Positions 30,964 to 40,562 of a stretch of DNA of 59,363 nt are shown here, one piece after another; the stretch's first letter is position 1, and each line of letters begins with the position of its first letter. Source of the stretch: a virus (lineage: Duplodnaviria > Heunggongvirae > Uroviricota > Caudoviricetes); IMG/VR virus record IMGVR_UViG_3300028048_000083, positions 1 to 59,363 of that record. One strand, given 5' to 3'. The position numbers and the translations under genes are program-made. The notes under the pieces were generated by a model. The model saw only the letters and a list, made by a program, of their open reading frames with translations. It did no database searches and had not been told where the DNA came from.

Positions 30964-31971
30964 ATGAGAAATGGATTATCAAAAGATGATGTTTTAACAA
31001 TTATTGACTATGCATGTAAGAATAATGTTTCGGAATCTGTGGCTTGTTGTGAACTTGGGTTTCCAAAATTTACGAACATGTCAAGATACAAGAAAAAATA
31101 TTGTATTGAAATTAAAAACACACAAAACTCAACAGGCTACAAAAAAAGAAAATATGATGTCAATGATTGTTTTTTTTCAAAACCAAACGTAATAAATTCA
31201 TATTATGCTGGGTTTATTGCTGCTGATGGGTATATTTGTGGTCGAAAATCAGAACAGAGAACATTAAAAATAGAATTATCAACAAAAGATAAAGAATGGC
31301 TATACAAATTTAAGGAAAATGTTAATTCCGAAAGTCCGATAAAAGAAAGAGTACAAAAAAATAAATTTAGTTTTTGCGGGATAACGATAACATCAAAACA
31401 AATAATAGATGATTTGAAAACAAATTTTAATATAACTAATAAAAAATCATTGATATTAACACCGCCAAATATAAATGACGAAATGCTAAGATATGCATAT
31501 ATTTTAGGCTATATTGATGGTGATGGCAGTTTATTCATAAGTAGCAGAAAAGAACTCATATTATCAATATTAGGTACGAAAGAAATTTGTGAATGGGTTA
31601 AATTCGTGTTTTCTAATATAACGAATAATTGTGGTTCAATAAAACAAAAGCCAAATACAAAAATTTATAGGTTAGATTATTCTAGTAGAGCCGCAAGAGA
31701 AATAGTGAAAAAACTTTCAAAAATTGATGTACCAAAGTTAAATAGAAAAATGACTAATGAAATTATTGAATATTCAAAGTCATATACAAAACGCCACAAT
31801 CATACATTTAAAAAAGTTTTTGTCTATAGAAATGGTAATCTTATAAAAAAATGTGACTCGTTAAAAGAAGCGAGTAACTTTACGGGTGTTTCTTATAGTA
31901 TTGTTTCTCGTATTTTGCACAAAAAAGTGAAACAAAGCAATGGGTTCACTTTTTATTTTGAAAACATATAA
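30964..31971 (+). CDS. free-standing LAGLIDADG endonuclease with C-terminal NUMOD1-like HTH
   Basis: YAGFIAADG and ILGYIDGDG; C-terminal DSLKEAS.F.G. Confidence 0.88.
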   Translation: MRNGLSKDDVLTIIDYACKNNVSESVACCELGFPKFTNMSRYKKKYCIEIKNTQNSTGYKKRKYDVNDCFFSKPNVINSYYAGFIAADGYICGRKSEQRTLKIELSTKDKEWLYKFKENVNSESPIKERVQKNKFSFCGITITSKQIIDDLKTNFNITNKKSLILTPPNINDEMLRYAYILGYIDGDGSLFISSRKELILSILGTKEICEWVKFVFSNITNNCGSIKQKPNTKIYRLDYSSRAAREIVKKLSKIDVPKLNRKMTNEIIEYSKSYTKRHNHTFKKVFVYRNGNLIKKCDSLKEASNFTGVSYSIVSRILHKKVKQSNGFTFYFENI

Positions 31972-32044
31972 TTTTTTATTAAATCTAAAATATTTTGTAT
32001 ATTATTGTTGAAGGAAAAATATAATATTAATTAATAAACCTTTT

Positions 32045-33199
32045 ATGAAAAATAAATTTGAATTGTTACCAAGCCGTTCGAACAAACTTGTTGACGAAAA
32101 CGGCAAAACTTATGAAAGCCTTAGAGAGTTGGAGAGGGAAATCGGTGTACAGCACAGTGTCATTGGCGTAAAACTTAAAAAAGACGGATATTTTAAGTTT
32201 AATGGTGTTACCTATTATGCTGTGAATACAAAACCCGTTGTTAATGACAAAGACAATAAGGAAAATGAATCCCCGATTTCAGCTGAGGATAAGGCTGATT
32301 TCGAAGATTTCAAAAAGATGAAGGACATTAAAAACCTTGGATTTACCACTTATAATTTTAATTATACGCGTAAACCAAGTGGTTCGCGTTATGCAGTTGC
32401 ACTGTTTTCAGATGCACACATTGAGGAAACAGTACTTCCGTCGTCTGTTCTTGGTATGAATGAATATAACATCCATATAGCCGAAAAGCGAATCCAGGCT
32501 TATTTCCAAAACCTTTGTGAGTGCCTTAAAGAGGATAAGGTAGATGATTTGATTTTTGCGTCGTTAGGCGACACAATTTCAGGCTATATACATGAAGAAT
32601 TAGCTCAATCCAACGGTTTGTCTCCACTTGAAGCCACCTATAAAGCCCAGAGCCTTATTTATGGCGGTTTGAAGTATCTCTGTGAGGAAACCAAACTTAA
32701 TTCAATCAAATTTATCGGTATTGTCGGTAACCATGGACGTACAACCAAAAAAATCCAGCATGCAAACGGTTTCAAAATGAGTTATGAATGGTTAATGTAC
32801 CAAAATATCAAGAAATTCTGTGAAATGGATAACCTGCCGATTGAATTTTGTATACCAGAGGCTGAAGTTGCAATAGTCAACACGCCAGACGGTCAGAAAT
32901 TCATTTTTGCACATGGTTTCCAAATCAAAGGCAGCGGAACTGGCACGGTATGCGGTATTTATCCAGCCCTGAATCGTTTGGCACTCAAATGGGGCAAGGT
33001 GTTCGGTCAGGACAAAATTTATATCGGTCACTTCCATCAGTGTGTGTCAATCGCCAATGCGGTTGTAAACGGTTCAATCATTGGTTTCAACACGTTTGCT
33101 TTGTCAAACGGTATGGCGGCTGAGGAACCAGCACAAATGTATGAGGTGTATGATACGGTTATCGGTCAACTTTTAACCAGGAAAATTTATTGTAAATAA
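32045..33199 (+). CDS. metallophosphoesterase with N-terminal HTH
   Basis: SDAH, LGD, VGNHG, FAHG, GHFH. Confidence 0.85.
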   Translation: MKNKFELLPSRSNKLVDENGKTYESLRELEREIGVQHSVIGVKLKKDGYFKFNGVTYYAVNTKPVVNDKDNKENESPISAEDKADFEDFKKMKDIKNLGFTTYNFNYTRKPSGSRYAVALFSDAHIEETVLPSSVLGMNEYNIHIAEKRIQAYFQNLCECLKEDKVDDLIFASLGDTISGYIHEELAQSNGLSPLEATYKAQSLIYGGLKYLCEETKLNSIKFIGIVGNHGRTTKKIQHANGFKMSYEWLMYQNIKKFCEMDNLPIEFCIPEAEVAIVNTPDGQKFIFAHGFQIKGSGTGTVCGIYPALNRLALKWGKVFGQDKIYIGHFHQCVSIANAVVNGSIIGFNTFALSNGMAAEEPAQMYEVYDTVIGQLLTRKIYCK

Positions 33200-33229
33200 T
33201 AACTTAAATTAAAATAACTAATCAAAAAA

Positions 33230-34348
33230 ATGAAGAAACTAACTATTTTACTTGCATTTATTGCAATGGCATTCAGTATGAACGCCCAAAATTTTGAAAA
33301 CGATTATACCTACGGCTTTTGGAGCAACTGGTCGGCTGGACTGGGAATCCAATATAGCAAGAATTTCACTGATAACTGGGGTTTTGGCGAAGGCTCAAAC
33401 CTTGGTTTTGAACTCCGTGGTCAAAAGCAGCTTGGCAGACATTGGGACATGAGGATTATCGCAAACGTGCCTGGTGTTTTTACCAGTGACACCAACCAGT
33501 TCGACCGTTATGCAATGGGTCTTGTGGGATTCAGCTGGACTCCTTGGAACCATTTCTATCTGTTTGCCGACGGTGGAATTGGCGTGAAACGCGATTCATT
33601 CAATTGGCTAGCTTTGGCTGCCGATGCTGGTATTGGCGTTAAATTTGATGTATGCAAGGCTTCAACCATTTACGGTGAACTTGGACTTGACTGTATTGCC
33701 GATATCACTGAGGATATGACATATAACAACGTTTTTGTGAAGGTTGGCTGGATGCACCGTTTCGGTTTGACCAAGGTGGACGAGGAAATTCTTGCCCAGC
33801 GCAAGATGCTGGCTGTGGAAAAAGCTGTGGCTAACACAACAAATTGCGATTCACTGGTAAACCAGCTTGCAAAATACAACAATCGTGAACTTGAACTGGT
33901 TAACAGAATTAATGTACTTGAAGAACACGATGTTGAGTTAACCAAACGTATTGAAGGTTTGACAAAAGAGAACGACAGTTTGTCCAGCATTATCGAATCA
34001 CTGCATAATGACCAGACCAACTTTTTCGCATTACCGTTTAGTGTAATTTTCGATAACAACAGTTATACTGTAAATGCAAGCGAATACGACAAAATCAAGG
34101 CTGTTGCCTCTATCATGAAAGACGACACTACAATCCATTATTCAGTAGTCGGTTTTTGTGACAAAACTGGTTCACAGGAATATAACCAGAAACTGTCCGA
34201 GAAACGTGCCGAAGCAGTGAAAAAGCTTCTTGTCAAATATGGTGTGAAGGAAGAACAGATTACCACTAGTGGAAATGGTTATGAAAAGCCTTTCAGCAAC
34301 GGTAAACTGGCTGTAAACCGCAGGGTTTCTTTTTATAAAAATTTCTAA
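33230..34348 (+). CDS. OmpA-family outer-membrane protein
   Basis: Signal peptide, beta-barrel, coiled coil, C-terminal OmpA domain (GFCD..G..YNQKLSEKRA...NRRV). Confidence 0.92.
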   Translation: MKKLTILLAFIAMAFSMNAQNFENDYTYGFWSNWSAGLGIQYSKNFTDNWGFGEGSNLGFELRGQKQLGRHWDMRIIANVPGVFTSDTNQFDRYAMGLVGFSWTPWNHFYLFADGGIGVKRDSFNWLALAADAGIGVKFDVCKASTIYGELGLDCIADITEDMTYNNVFVKVGWMHRFGLTKVDEEILAQRKMLAVEKAVANTTNCDSLVNQLAKYNNRELELVNRINVLEEHDVELTKRIEGLTKENDSLSSIIESLHNDQTNFFALPFSVIFDNNSYTVNASEYDKIKAVASIMKDDTTIHYSVVGFCDKTGSQEYNQKLSEKRAEAVKKLLVKYGVKEEQITTSGNGYEKPFSNGKLAVNRRVSFYKNF

Positions 34349-34361
34349 AGCTAATTTATTT

Positions 34362-34802
34362 ATGGATACAACAAACGGTAACTTAAGTTATAACGCAACA
34401 GAAGGAAAGAGTGATTTTGAGCAAAGGGTTGAAAAATATCTCAGACTGTCACATCAGACTTTAGCTGAAATACTGGCTATGCGTGATGAAGAATTCAACA
34501 GGAATAACCAAACACCAAACCAGCCAAATTACCCTTACTCTCCATTGGAGCCAAACACACCGTGGAGTATACCATGGCAGGTTAAATGGTGTCCATTTGG
34601 TATTGGTACTGTTTGCACAAACCAATTCGGGGATTGTATCAACTGTCCATATCATAATTCGGGGGTATATTACACAACCACAACATGTTCAACTGACAAT
34701 TCCGACAGTTCAACAAATAAAGACGCTAACGTTGGTAAACAGTTTTTTGACAAGTTTGGCGAACCGAGAAACCAAAACAAAAAGAAAAGCGACTTAAATT
34801 AA
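34362..34802 (+). CDS. hypothetical protein
   Basis: ORF followed by a terminator hairpin (AAAGCG...CGCTTT and T-run). Confidence 0.7.
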   Translation: MDTTNGNLSYNATEGKSDFEQRVEKYLRLSHQTLAEILAMRDEEFNRNNQTPNQPNYPYSPLEPNTPWSIPWQVKWCPFGIGTVCTNQFGDCINCPYHNSGVYYTTTTCSTDNSDSSTNKDANVGKQFFDKFGEPRNQNKKKSDLN

Positions 34803-34898
34803 GCCGCTTTTTTTGTTTTTCAATGTTCCAAAAGTATTTTAATGACATTTTTATTTATTAATTTATTATTATATTTATATAATATAAAAGTTTTGAAC

Positions 34899-36572
34899 AT
34901 GAAATTATTTGAATCAATATTGAATAGCTTGTTGAACGAGTCCTTGGGTGAAGTAATTGTTAACCCAAATGACACATCAAAAAACGTTTTTGATTATAAA
35001 TGCAGGGATAATAATTTGCATATTTTTGCAAATGTCGATAGTGATGATTTGAAAAAAATATCAGAAATTGACCAATCTTTGATTAAAGGTAAATGGGCTA
35101 GAATTATAATACCACTTAAAGATTTACAATCTACCGATTCGGAAGGATATCGAAAATTAAGTAGTTTCTGTGAGATTATAAACAATCTTGGCAAATATGG
35201 TACGTTTACTCCTGAACAATTGATTGATGATGCTGGTCAGTATATAAAGGATAGAGTAAGACCAGAAACAGCAAAAGAGATTACCCAGTCCGAAGACGAA
35301 TTATTTAATGAGCTGATAAATAAGTTCGGCGAACCAAGGATTAAGGAATTACTTCAGTCGTTAAAAAAACACACCAACATACCAGTAAAAGGACTTGACA
35401 ACAATATGAGTGTAAAAAATATAATGCGTATATTATCTCAGGATAGTAAACGCATTGCCGCTGGAAAACCAGCAGCTACATATGTAGCAAAACCAGATGA
35501 TTGGCGTGTATTCAATAGGCAAATCAATAGAGATGCAATGCCGATTTATTTGTGGTATAAGGTGGCTGCAAGTAATCCGTCTGATAAGGCAATTGACCAA
35601 GGAGCAACCAATATTTACGGGTCGGAAAAAGGCAATATACTGAAAGGCAGGACAGCAACACAAACACTTAACGATTTTATGAAAGGCGGGTCAAAAACCC
35701 TTGGCCCAGCAAGAGGATTAAAGTATGCAGCCCAAAAAGTGTGGAATACCAATAATAGATTTGAAATTGGTCCGTATTACGATATAAGCGACACTTCTGT
35801 CATACCAGGTCTCGAAGATAAATTTAACGACCCTGAAAGAATCGGATTCGTCAACAACATAAAGATGGTGCCAACACAAGCATCGCTTAATAAAGTTGTC
35901 AATGATAAAGGACAATCGGTGGAAGATTTGCTAAGGGATGAATTAGGCGGTACTGATGACAAATGCACGATAGATGTATACAATGCGCTTAGAAGGATTT
36001 TCAGGAAACAGGACTCAATACCTGTCGGTCAGGATGGCAAACCTGATATGGACGGTATCAGAAAAAGTGTATATGACACAATTGTCGATTATTTGGCAAA
36101 TAACAATAAAGAAATGGTAAGTTTGTATGCAAAGCCAGAAACCAGGACAGCAATTGCCCAAGTAATCGCTTGCCTTTATATGAGTATTCACCGTATTGCC
36201 CCCGAAATACTCATTAAAACACTTTACGATGGAGTGAATCAGAATGACTTACAACAAGAGGCTGAAAAGGCTAGGTTCACTACCAGAAATGTATATAATT
36301 CATTGGCTAATATGATAGAAGCCGAAGTTTTACGTGGTAATTCCGACGCAACCCAGGTACAGCAAAACAACCAAAGTAATAAGAAAATTATGGAAGAATC
36401 GACGAATAATATGATTGACCCGTTAGATGCAATTAAACGTGCGTGGGGGATAGAAGACAACACCCTGAACAATGCACCAGATGACGGCATTAATTTGACA
36501 AATGAAGAACGTAAGTTGACTGAAGCTAAATTTTACAGCGTGTTAAATAAAATGAATAATACAAAGTTCTAA
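34899..36572 (+). CDS. large late protein with ArdC-N-like ssDNA-binding segment
   Basis: NIMRILSQD...ATYVA...W...R.I...PIYLW and YYDISDT resemble ArdC-N motifs. Confidence 0.5.
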   Translation: MKLFESILNSLLNESLGEVIVNPNDTSKNVFDYKCRDNNLHIFANVDSDDLKKISEIDQSLIKGKWARIIIPLKDLQSTDSEGYRKLSSFCEIINNLGKYGTFTPEQLIDDAGQYIKDRVRPETAKEITQSEDELFNELINKFGEPRIKELLQSLKKHTNIPVKGLDNNMSVKNIMRILSQDSKRIAAGKPAATYVAKPDDWRVFNRQINRDAMPIYLWYKVAASNPSDKAIDQGATNIYGSEKGNILKGRTATQTLNDFMKGGSKTLGPARGLKYAAQKVWNTNNRFEIGPYYDISDTSVIPGLEDKFNDPERIGFVNNIKMVPTQASLNKVVNDKGQSVEDLLRDELGGTDDKCTIDVYNALRRIFRKQDSIPVGQDGKPDMDGIRKSVYDTIVDYLANNNKEMVSLYAKPETRTAIAQVIACLYMSIHRIAPEILIKTLYDGVNQNDLQQEAEKARFTTRNVYNSLANMIEAEVLRGNSDATQVQQNNQSNKKIMEESTNNMIDPLDAIKRAWGIEDNTLNNAPDDGINLTNEERKLTEAKFYSVLNKMNNTKF

Positions 36573-36577
36573 CTTAC

Positions 36578-38659
36578 ATGAAACTACTTTCTGAAGACAT
36601 AAGTGAATATGTTGACGGTATCAACAGTCTCGATGATTTATATAATCGTTCTGGTAGCCAATATCTTTATCATAGAACGCCTGGTGACCTTAATAACATA
36701 CGTGATACAGGATTATCAAGAGAATTTAAAAATGTACAGTCTTATGGATATGGATTATATACTTCATTAAGACTGGAGGATTGTATCAATAATAGGGCAT
36801 ATGGTCCTAAAATTATTAAAGTATGGGTTCCTGGATTTGGCAGATGTATTATTGATAGAGGATGCCGTGTTTATGGACATGATTTGGCTGAAATGATACA
36901 TGGACGCAATGCTTCAGTAGGAGACCAGATTAGAAAATTGTTTAAGCCAGAATACGCAGCTAAATTAAGTCACATTAATTCTGTTAGAGGTTCAGTTTTG
37001 ACCAGTCGAGATATTGAACCAATACTTCAAGAGAATGACATTGACGGTGTTATCTACGATTGGGGTGGCGGACACTGGGTATGTGTGTGGAAAGACTATA
37101 AAAAGGCTTTCCCTATGGAAGTAAGTTTGGATGACGGCAGACATTTCAAACCACTAGGTAATGAAACAACCATTAAAAATGTTTTGAACACTTGGGAACC
37201 TAACAGAATTCTTGGTACCGATATCAACAACTACCAAAACAGCGAGATGGCAAGAGTTCAAAACGGTTATATGGCTTTATCCCGCAAAAGCGACGGAAGA
37301 TACAATTATTTTAATCCAGAAACAGGCAAAAAACCATTATCTTCCGTTTGGTTTGATATTGCCAGCCCAGCTGACGAAAACGGCGTAGGTGTGGTTAAAT
37401 TTAACGGTCAGAATTTCTGGTATTACATACCAGAAGACGAAATATATGAAATAACTGGTGACGATACCGAGGAAGCCCTGATGATGGACGACCCAATCGG
37501 ACATTCTGCGGATTTGCCAAAATTGGTTATGGAAGATGTTAAACCAGTTTTTGGTGATTTATTAACTGAGGCATTGGATGAATATGTACCTAATGTTAGC
37601 CGAGATAGTTTGGATAACAGAAATGGTGATTTGACATATTTTTATAGATTAAGCTTACCAAAACAAATAGAAAGCATTGCCGCAAACGGTTTCAGTAAGG
37701 AATTCAGAGGAAGCGGTAATGATAACAGTGACTTTTTGGGTTCTGGTACTTATGGTGTTGTATTCCCATCAAATGGTGTACACCCTAATTACGGAAATAT
37801 ATTGTGGAAATATGCTACGCCAACGGAATTGGTTAGAAATACATATATTTCACCAGACCCATATCTGGCAAAGAAATTTGGTATTAAAGGTAGTTTTGCG
37901 GAACAATTGAAAAGATTTTTCCCAGACTTATATCCAAAATGGGAATCAAGTGGCATGTTAAGAAGGATTTTGGCACCAACATATTCGGGAAGTGCTATGA
38001 TTAGACAACTTAATGATATAGCTTTTAACGGTACAGGCGGTAAATCAGATTATGCCTATCATTCACACGGAATCAATGGTATTATATATAACGGTAAAAT
38101 TGACCATAACGCCGTTATAACATTTGATGACAGTACGCTTATCCCAGTTTCCTGGAAGGATAATGCCAAGCCACATGATAACTGGCATCCAGTTGAAATT
38201 ACAGATACATTATGGAATAGAACTTTCAACGGATACGACCCATTGCCATTTTTGAAAGGCACATATAAAGATTACACCGATAACCCTAATGAGATATCCC
38301 AAAAATATAGGGTAATTAACGGTTATATGCTTGTTTGCAGAAAAAAAGACCATAAATACAACTACATAAAAGCACCTGAAGGCGGTAGAAACTTTGCGTC
38401 GTCTGTTTGGTTTGATTTAGCTAGCCCTATTGATGAAAATGGTATGGGTACAGTTAAAATTAATGGTCAGAAATTTTGGTATTATGCCCCAGAAGATGAA
38501 ATCTACGAAATAGACGGCAGTGATACCGAGGAAGCGCTGATGATGAACGACCCGATAGGGCATTCAAAAGACCTTCTGATGCTGACATCCAGACCAGCAA
38601 TGGAAGAAAGCAAGCCAGTTTTTGGCGCACTACTTGAAGATATTTTGAAAAAACAATGA
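36578..38659 (+). CDS. internally duplicated protein: 2 x [ADP-ribosyltransferase-like domain + beta-repeat domain]
   Basis: YLYHRT...GYGLYTS...YG and YFYRLS...GSGTYG...YG; near-identical SVWFD.ASP.DENG.G.VK.NGQ.FWYY...DTEEALMM.DPIGHS tails. Confidence 0.55.
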   Translation: MKLLSEDISEYVDGINSLDDLYNRSGSQYLYHRTPGDLNNIRDTGLSREFKNVQSYGYGLYTSLRLEDCINNRAYGPKIIKVWVPGFGRCIIDRGCRVYGHDLAEMIHGRNASVGDQIRKLFKPEYAAKLSHINSVRGSVLTSRDIEPILQENDIDGVIYDWGGGHWVCVWKDYKKAFPMEVSLDDGRHFKPLGNETTIKNVLNTWEPNRILGTDINNYQNSEMARVQNGYMALSRKSDGRYNYFNPETGKKPLSSVWFDIASPADENGVGVVKFNGQNFWYYIPEDEIYEITGDDTEEALMMDDPIGHSADLPKLVMEDVKPVFGDLLTEALDEYVPNVSRDSLDNRNGDLTYFYRLSLPKQIESIAANGFSKEFRGSGNDNSDFLGSGTYGVVFPSNGVHPNYGNILWKYATPTELVRNTYISPDPYLAKKFGIKGSFAEQLKRFFPDLYPKWESSGMLRRILAPTYSGSAMIRQLNDIAFNGTGGKSDYAYHSHGINGIIYNGKIDHNAVITFDDSTLIPVSWKDNAKPHDNWHPVEITDTLWNRTFNGYDPLPFLKGTYKDYTDNPNEISQKYRVINGYMLVCRKKDHKYNYIKAPEGGRNFASSVWFDLASPIDENGMGTVKINGQKFWYYAPEDEIYEIDGSDTEEALMMNDPIGHSKDLLMLTSRPAMEESKPVFGALLEDILKKQ

Positions 38660-38914
38660 CTTTTTACATAAAATTCGGTCACTTTTGAAATTTGCACACT
38701 ATTTATAAATTGCTATGACGAAAAATTACAATACATTGGAACATGAGAATCTACAATCACTCATTGATACAAAGAGCGATTGCGGATTTGCGTATTCACC
38801 AAAATGGATTGGATGCAACGTTAAGCATAAAGAGAAATAGAACAACAATTTACCTCAACATATATTCCCCCGCTGGCTTGACGTTCGACATAAAGAAAGT
38901 TAAGCCTATTTTTT

Positions 38915-39200
38915 TGTAATTCGGAAAAAGTTGTATATTTGAAAACAGAGAGTACATTGAAATAAAAAAAAACAGAAACTTTGCGGAAAATCCGTGGCAC
39001 TTTCGGTTATACATTTGTCTTTTGAAAACAGACAAGGTTTTGGAAAAAAATCGAAAAAAAATATAGCCGTTCACGGAAAAAACAAAAAAGTTTCGGTTAT
39101 ATAAAAGTCTGAACAAAGAGAGAACATTGAAAATTGAGACTTTTGGAAAAATTTTGAAAAATGTTTTTCGTTTTTGGAAAAAAGTTGTATATTTGAAATG
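38915..39200 (+). promoter_or_regulatory. tandem promoter array driving the RNA-gene cluster
   Basis: At least four copies of (C)GGAAAA...(GTTGTATATTTG or TTTCGGTTATA). The same motifs precede many early-type ORFs. Confidence 0.7.
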
Positions 39201-39202
39201 TC

Positions 39203-39263
39203 GGTTCTTTAAAAAGACACGAAGGTTCTTTGACATATTGATGATTGGATACAAATAGGAGAA
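39203..39263 (+). promoter_or_regulatory. boxA-like antitermination leader
   Basis: GTTCTTTAAAA and GTTCTTTGACAT; 35-nt block repeated at 42851-42885 (32/35 identical). Confidence 0.65.
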
Positions 39264-39304
39264 ACAAGACAGGATGACAAGAAATTGCCGCCTGTCTTCA
39301 ATAT

Positions 39305-39377
39305 GCGGACATAGCTCAATGGGTAGAGCGGGAGTTTTCCAAACTTCAGGTTGTGGGTTCGAGCCCCGTTGTCCGCT
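39305..39377 (+). tRNA. tRNA-Gly(TCC)
   Basis: Full cloverleaf; loop TTTCCAA; U73. Confidence 0.92.
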
Positions 39378-39455
39378 CAAGGCGGTTGCCATTGTTTTAG
39401 ACTTCGTAATGGGGGAACACATAAACCCAAAGGATTTTTCTTGGCAGCCAAAATG

Positions 39456-39537
39456 AAACCCGTACAGCAATTGAATTCATTCTTATTCCAAAAAATTGTT
39501 TAACGGAAGAGCGAGACGTAAAACAGCCTGGGTTTTG
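39456..39537 (+). ncRNA. ACAGCAA-stem RNA element E1
   Basis: AAACCC...GGGTTT-TG closing stem; ACAGCAA at 39464. Confidence 0.6.
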
Positions 39538-39542
39538 TATAT

Positions 39543-39629
39543 GGAGGGGTGGCAGAGCGGTTGATTGCAACGGCCTTGAAAACCGTCGACCTCGCAAGGG
39601 GTCCGAGGGTTCGAATCCCTCCCCCTCCG
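39543..39629 (+). tRNA. tRNA-Ser(TGA)
   Basis: Cloverleaf with long variable arm; G73. Confidence 0.92.
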
Positions 39630-39729
39630 CTAAATTTCCTGAACCCACAGTCGTTAAGCGGGCAACGGTCGTCCTTGATGTTGAACCTTCGGTTGGTAAC
39701 GACAGCCGATGCGGAATGCTGATAGGATA

Positions 39730-39807
39730 AGTACGGTCGTCTAGTGGTCTAGGACAGCCCCCTTATCGGGGGGCAGACGTGGTGTTCGAATCCCGTCCGT
39801 AGTTCCA
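39730..39807 (+). tRNA. degenerate tRNA-like gene (8-nt anticodon loop CTTATCGG)
   Basis: D-arm and GC anticodon stem present; T stem imperfect; encoded CCA. Confidence 0.55.
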
Positions 39808-39815
39808 AATCAAAG

Positions 39816-39880
39816 GAAGTCATACAGCAAGCAAAATTAACTCTGAACCATTTCTTTCGGAAAAGTAAATTGACTTCTGA
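39816..39880 (+). ncRNA. ACAGCAA-stem RNA element E2
   Basis: GAAGTCA...TGACTTC-TGA; near copy of E4. Confidence 0.7.
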
Positions 39881-39883
39881 AAT

Positions 39884-39965
39884 GGGTAGGTATACCGTAA
39901 TTGGTAGCGGGCCTGACTGTAAATCAGGTGCTTCGGCTCTGGGGGTTCAAGTCCCTCCCTGCCCA
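39884..39965 (+). tRNA. tRNA-Tyr(GTA)
   Basis: Cloverleaf; CTGTAAA loop. Confidence 0.92.
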
Positions 39966-39970
39966 CAAAA

Positions 39971-40064
39971 CACATCATCATAGTTTAATGTTAGGTACCT
40001 TAGAAAATTTAGAACGCCAGAATGGTAATCTGGAGGTTGCGGTTGGATTCCGTAGTTGATGTGA
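39971..40064 (+). tRNA. tRNA-Thr(GGT)-like gene with ~16-nt D-loop insertion
   Basis: CACATCA/TGATGTG; CCAGA-ATGGTAA-TCTGG; T loop TTGGATT. Confidence 0.55.
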
Positions 40065-40367
40065 CTGATAGAACCTTTTCCTGATAAATCATCAGGTGGC
40101 ATACAAATAAGGCGAAGTCAGTTTTCCTTAACACTTGTTGCACTGATAAAGCCTGATGAATGCTTGGGTGAAAGAATGGGTTAGATTCCCAACTTCTCAA
40201 TCAGCGTATAATGATTGTAGAGACAGTAGTAAGTTAGGTAGTATGACCAACAAGTATTTTTTTTTTAGTTAATAATTAAGTTTTGGTGGTAAACAAAAAA
40301 TAAACCCAAACAGTTAGTCTGTTAGCCAAAGTTGTGGGTTGGACAGCACATCGATAGAAAGATATAG

Positions 40368-40445
40368 TGCGGGGTGGACTGGAGTTGGTTCCAGCTTGGT
40401 CTCATAAGCCAAATCACGGAGGTTCGAATCCTCCCCCCGCTACCA
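40368..40445 (+). tRNA. tRNA-Met(CAT), possibly initiator-type
   Basis: CTCATAA loop, 1:72 mismatch, encoded CCA; lacks the three consecutive G-C anticodon-stem pairs. Confidence 0.85.
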
Positions 40446-40562
40446 AATCTTTTGACAATTTCAATATTCGCGATAAACAATTGTCGAAAGCACACGTATT
40501 TTAACAAGAATATCCCAGAATGGGAAGGTCTAGGTAATCAATCCTTGCGTGTGTAAAAAATT

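Noticed and set aside
30964-31971. LAGLIDADG and tRNA-cluster nucleases as intron-encoded ORFs
   Set aside because: Flanking genes are complete or decayed and no group I P/Q/R/S cores surround them; only the dnaK ORF is intronic.
39636-39665. 5S rRNA-like string (CCTGAACCCACAGTCGTTAAGC)
   Set aside because: Short match with indels, no helix II/III partners, and a competing GTCGTTA/TAACGAC stem explains the region.
40140-40205. Hammerhead-like core (CTGATGA...GAAA...CTC)
   Set aside because: Stem III is plausible, but stem II barely pairs and the first stem I pair is an A.C mismatch. A cleavage assay would settle it.
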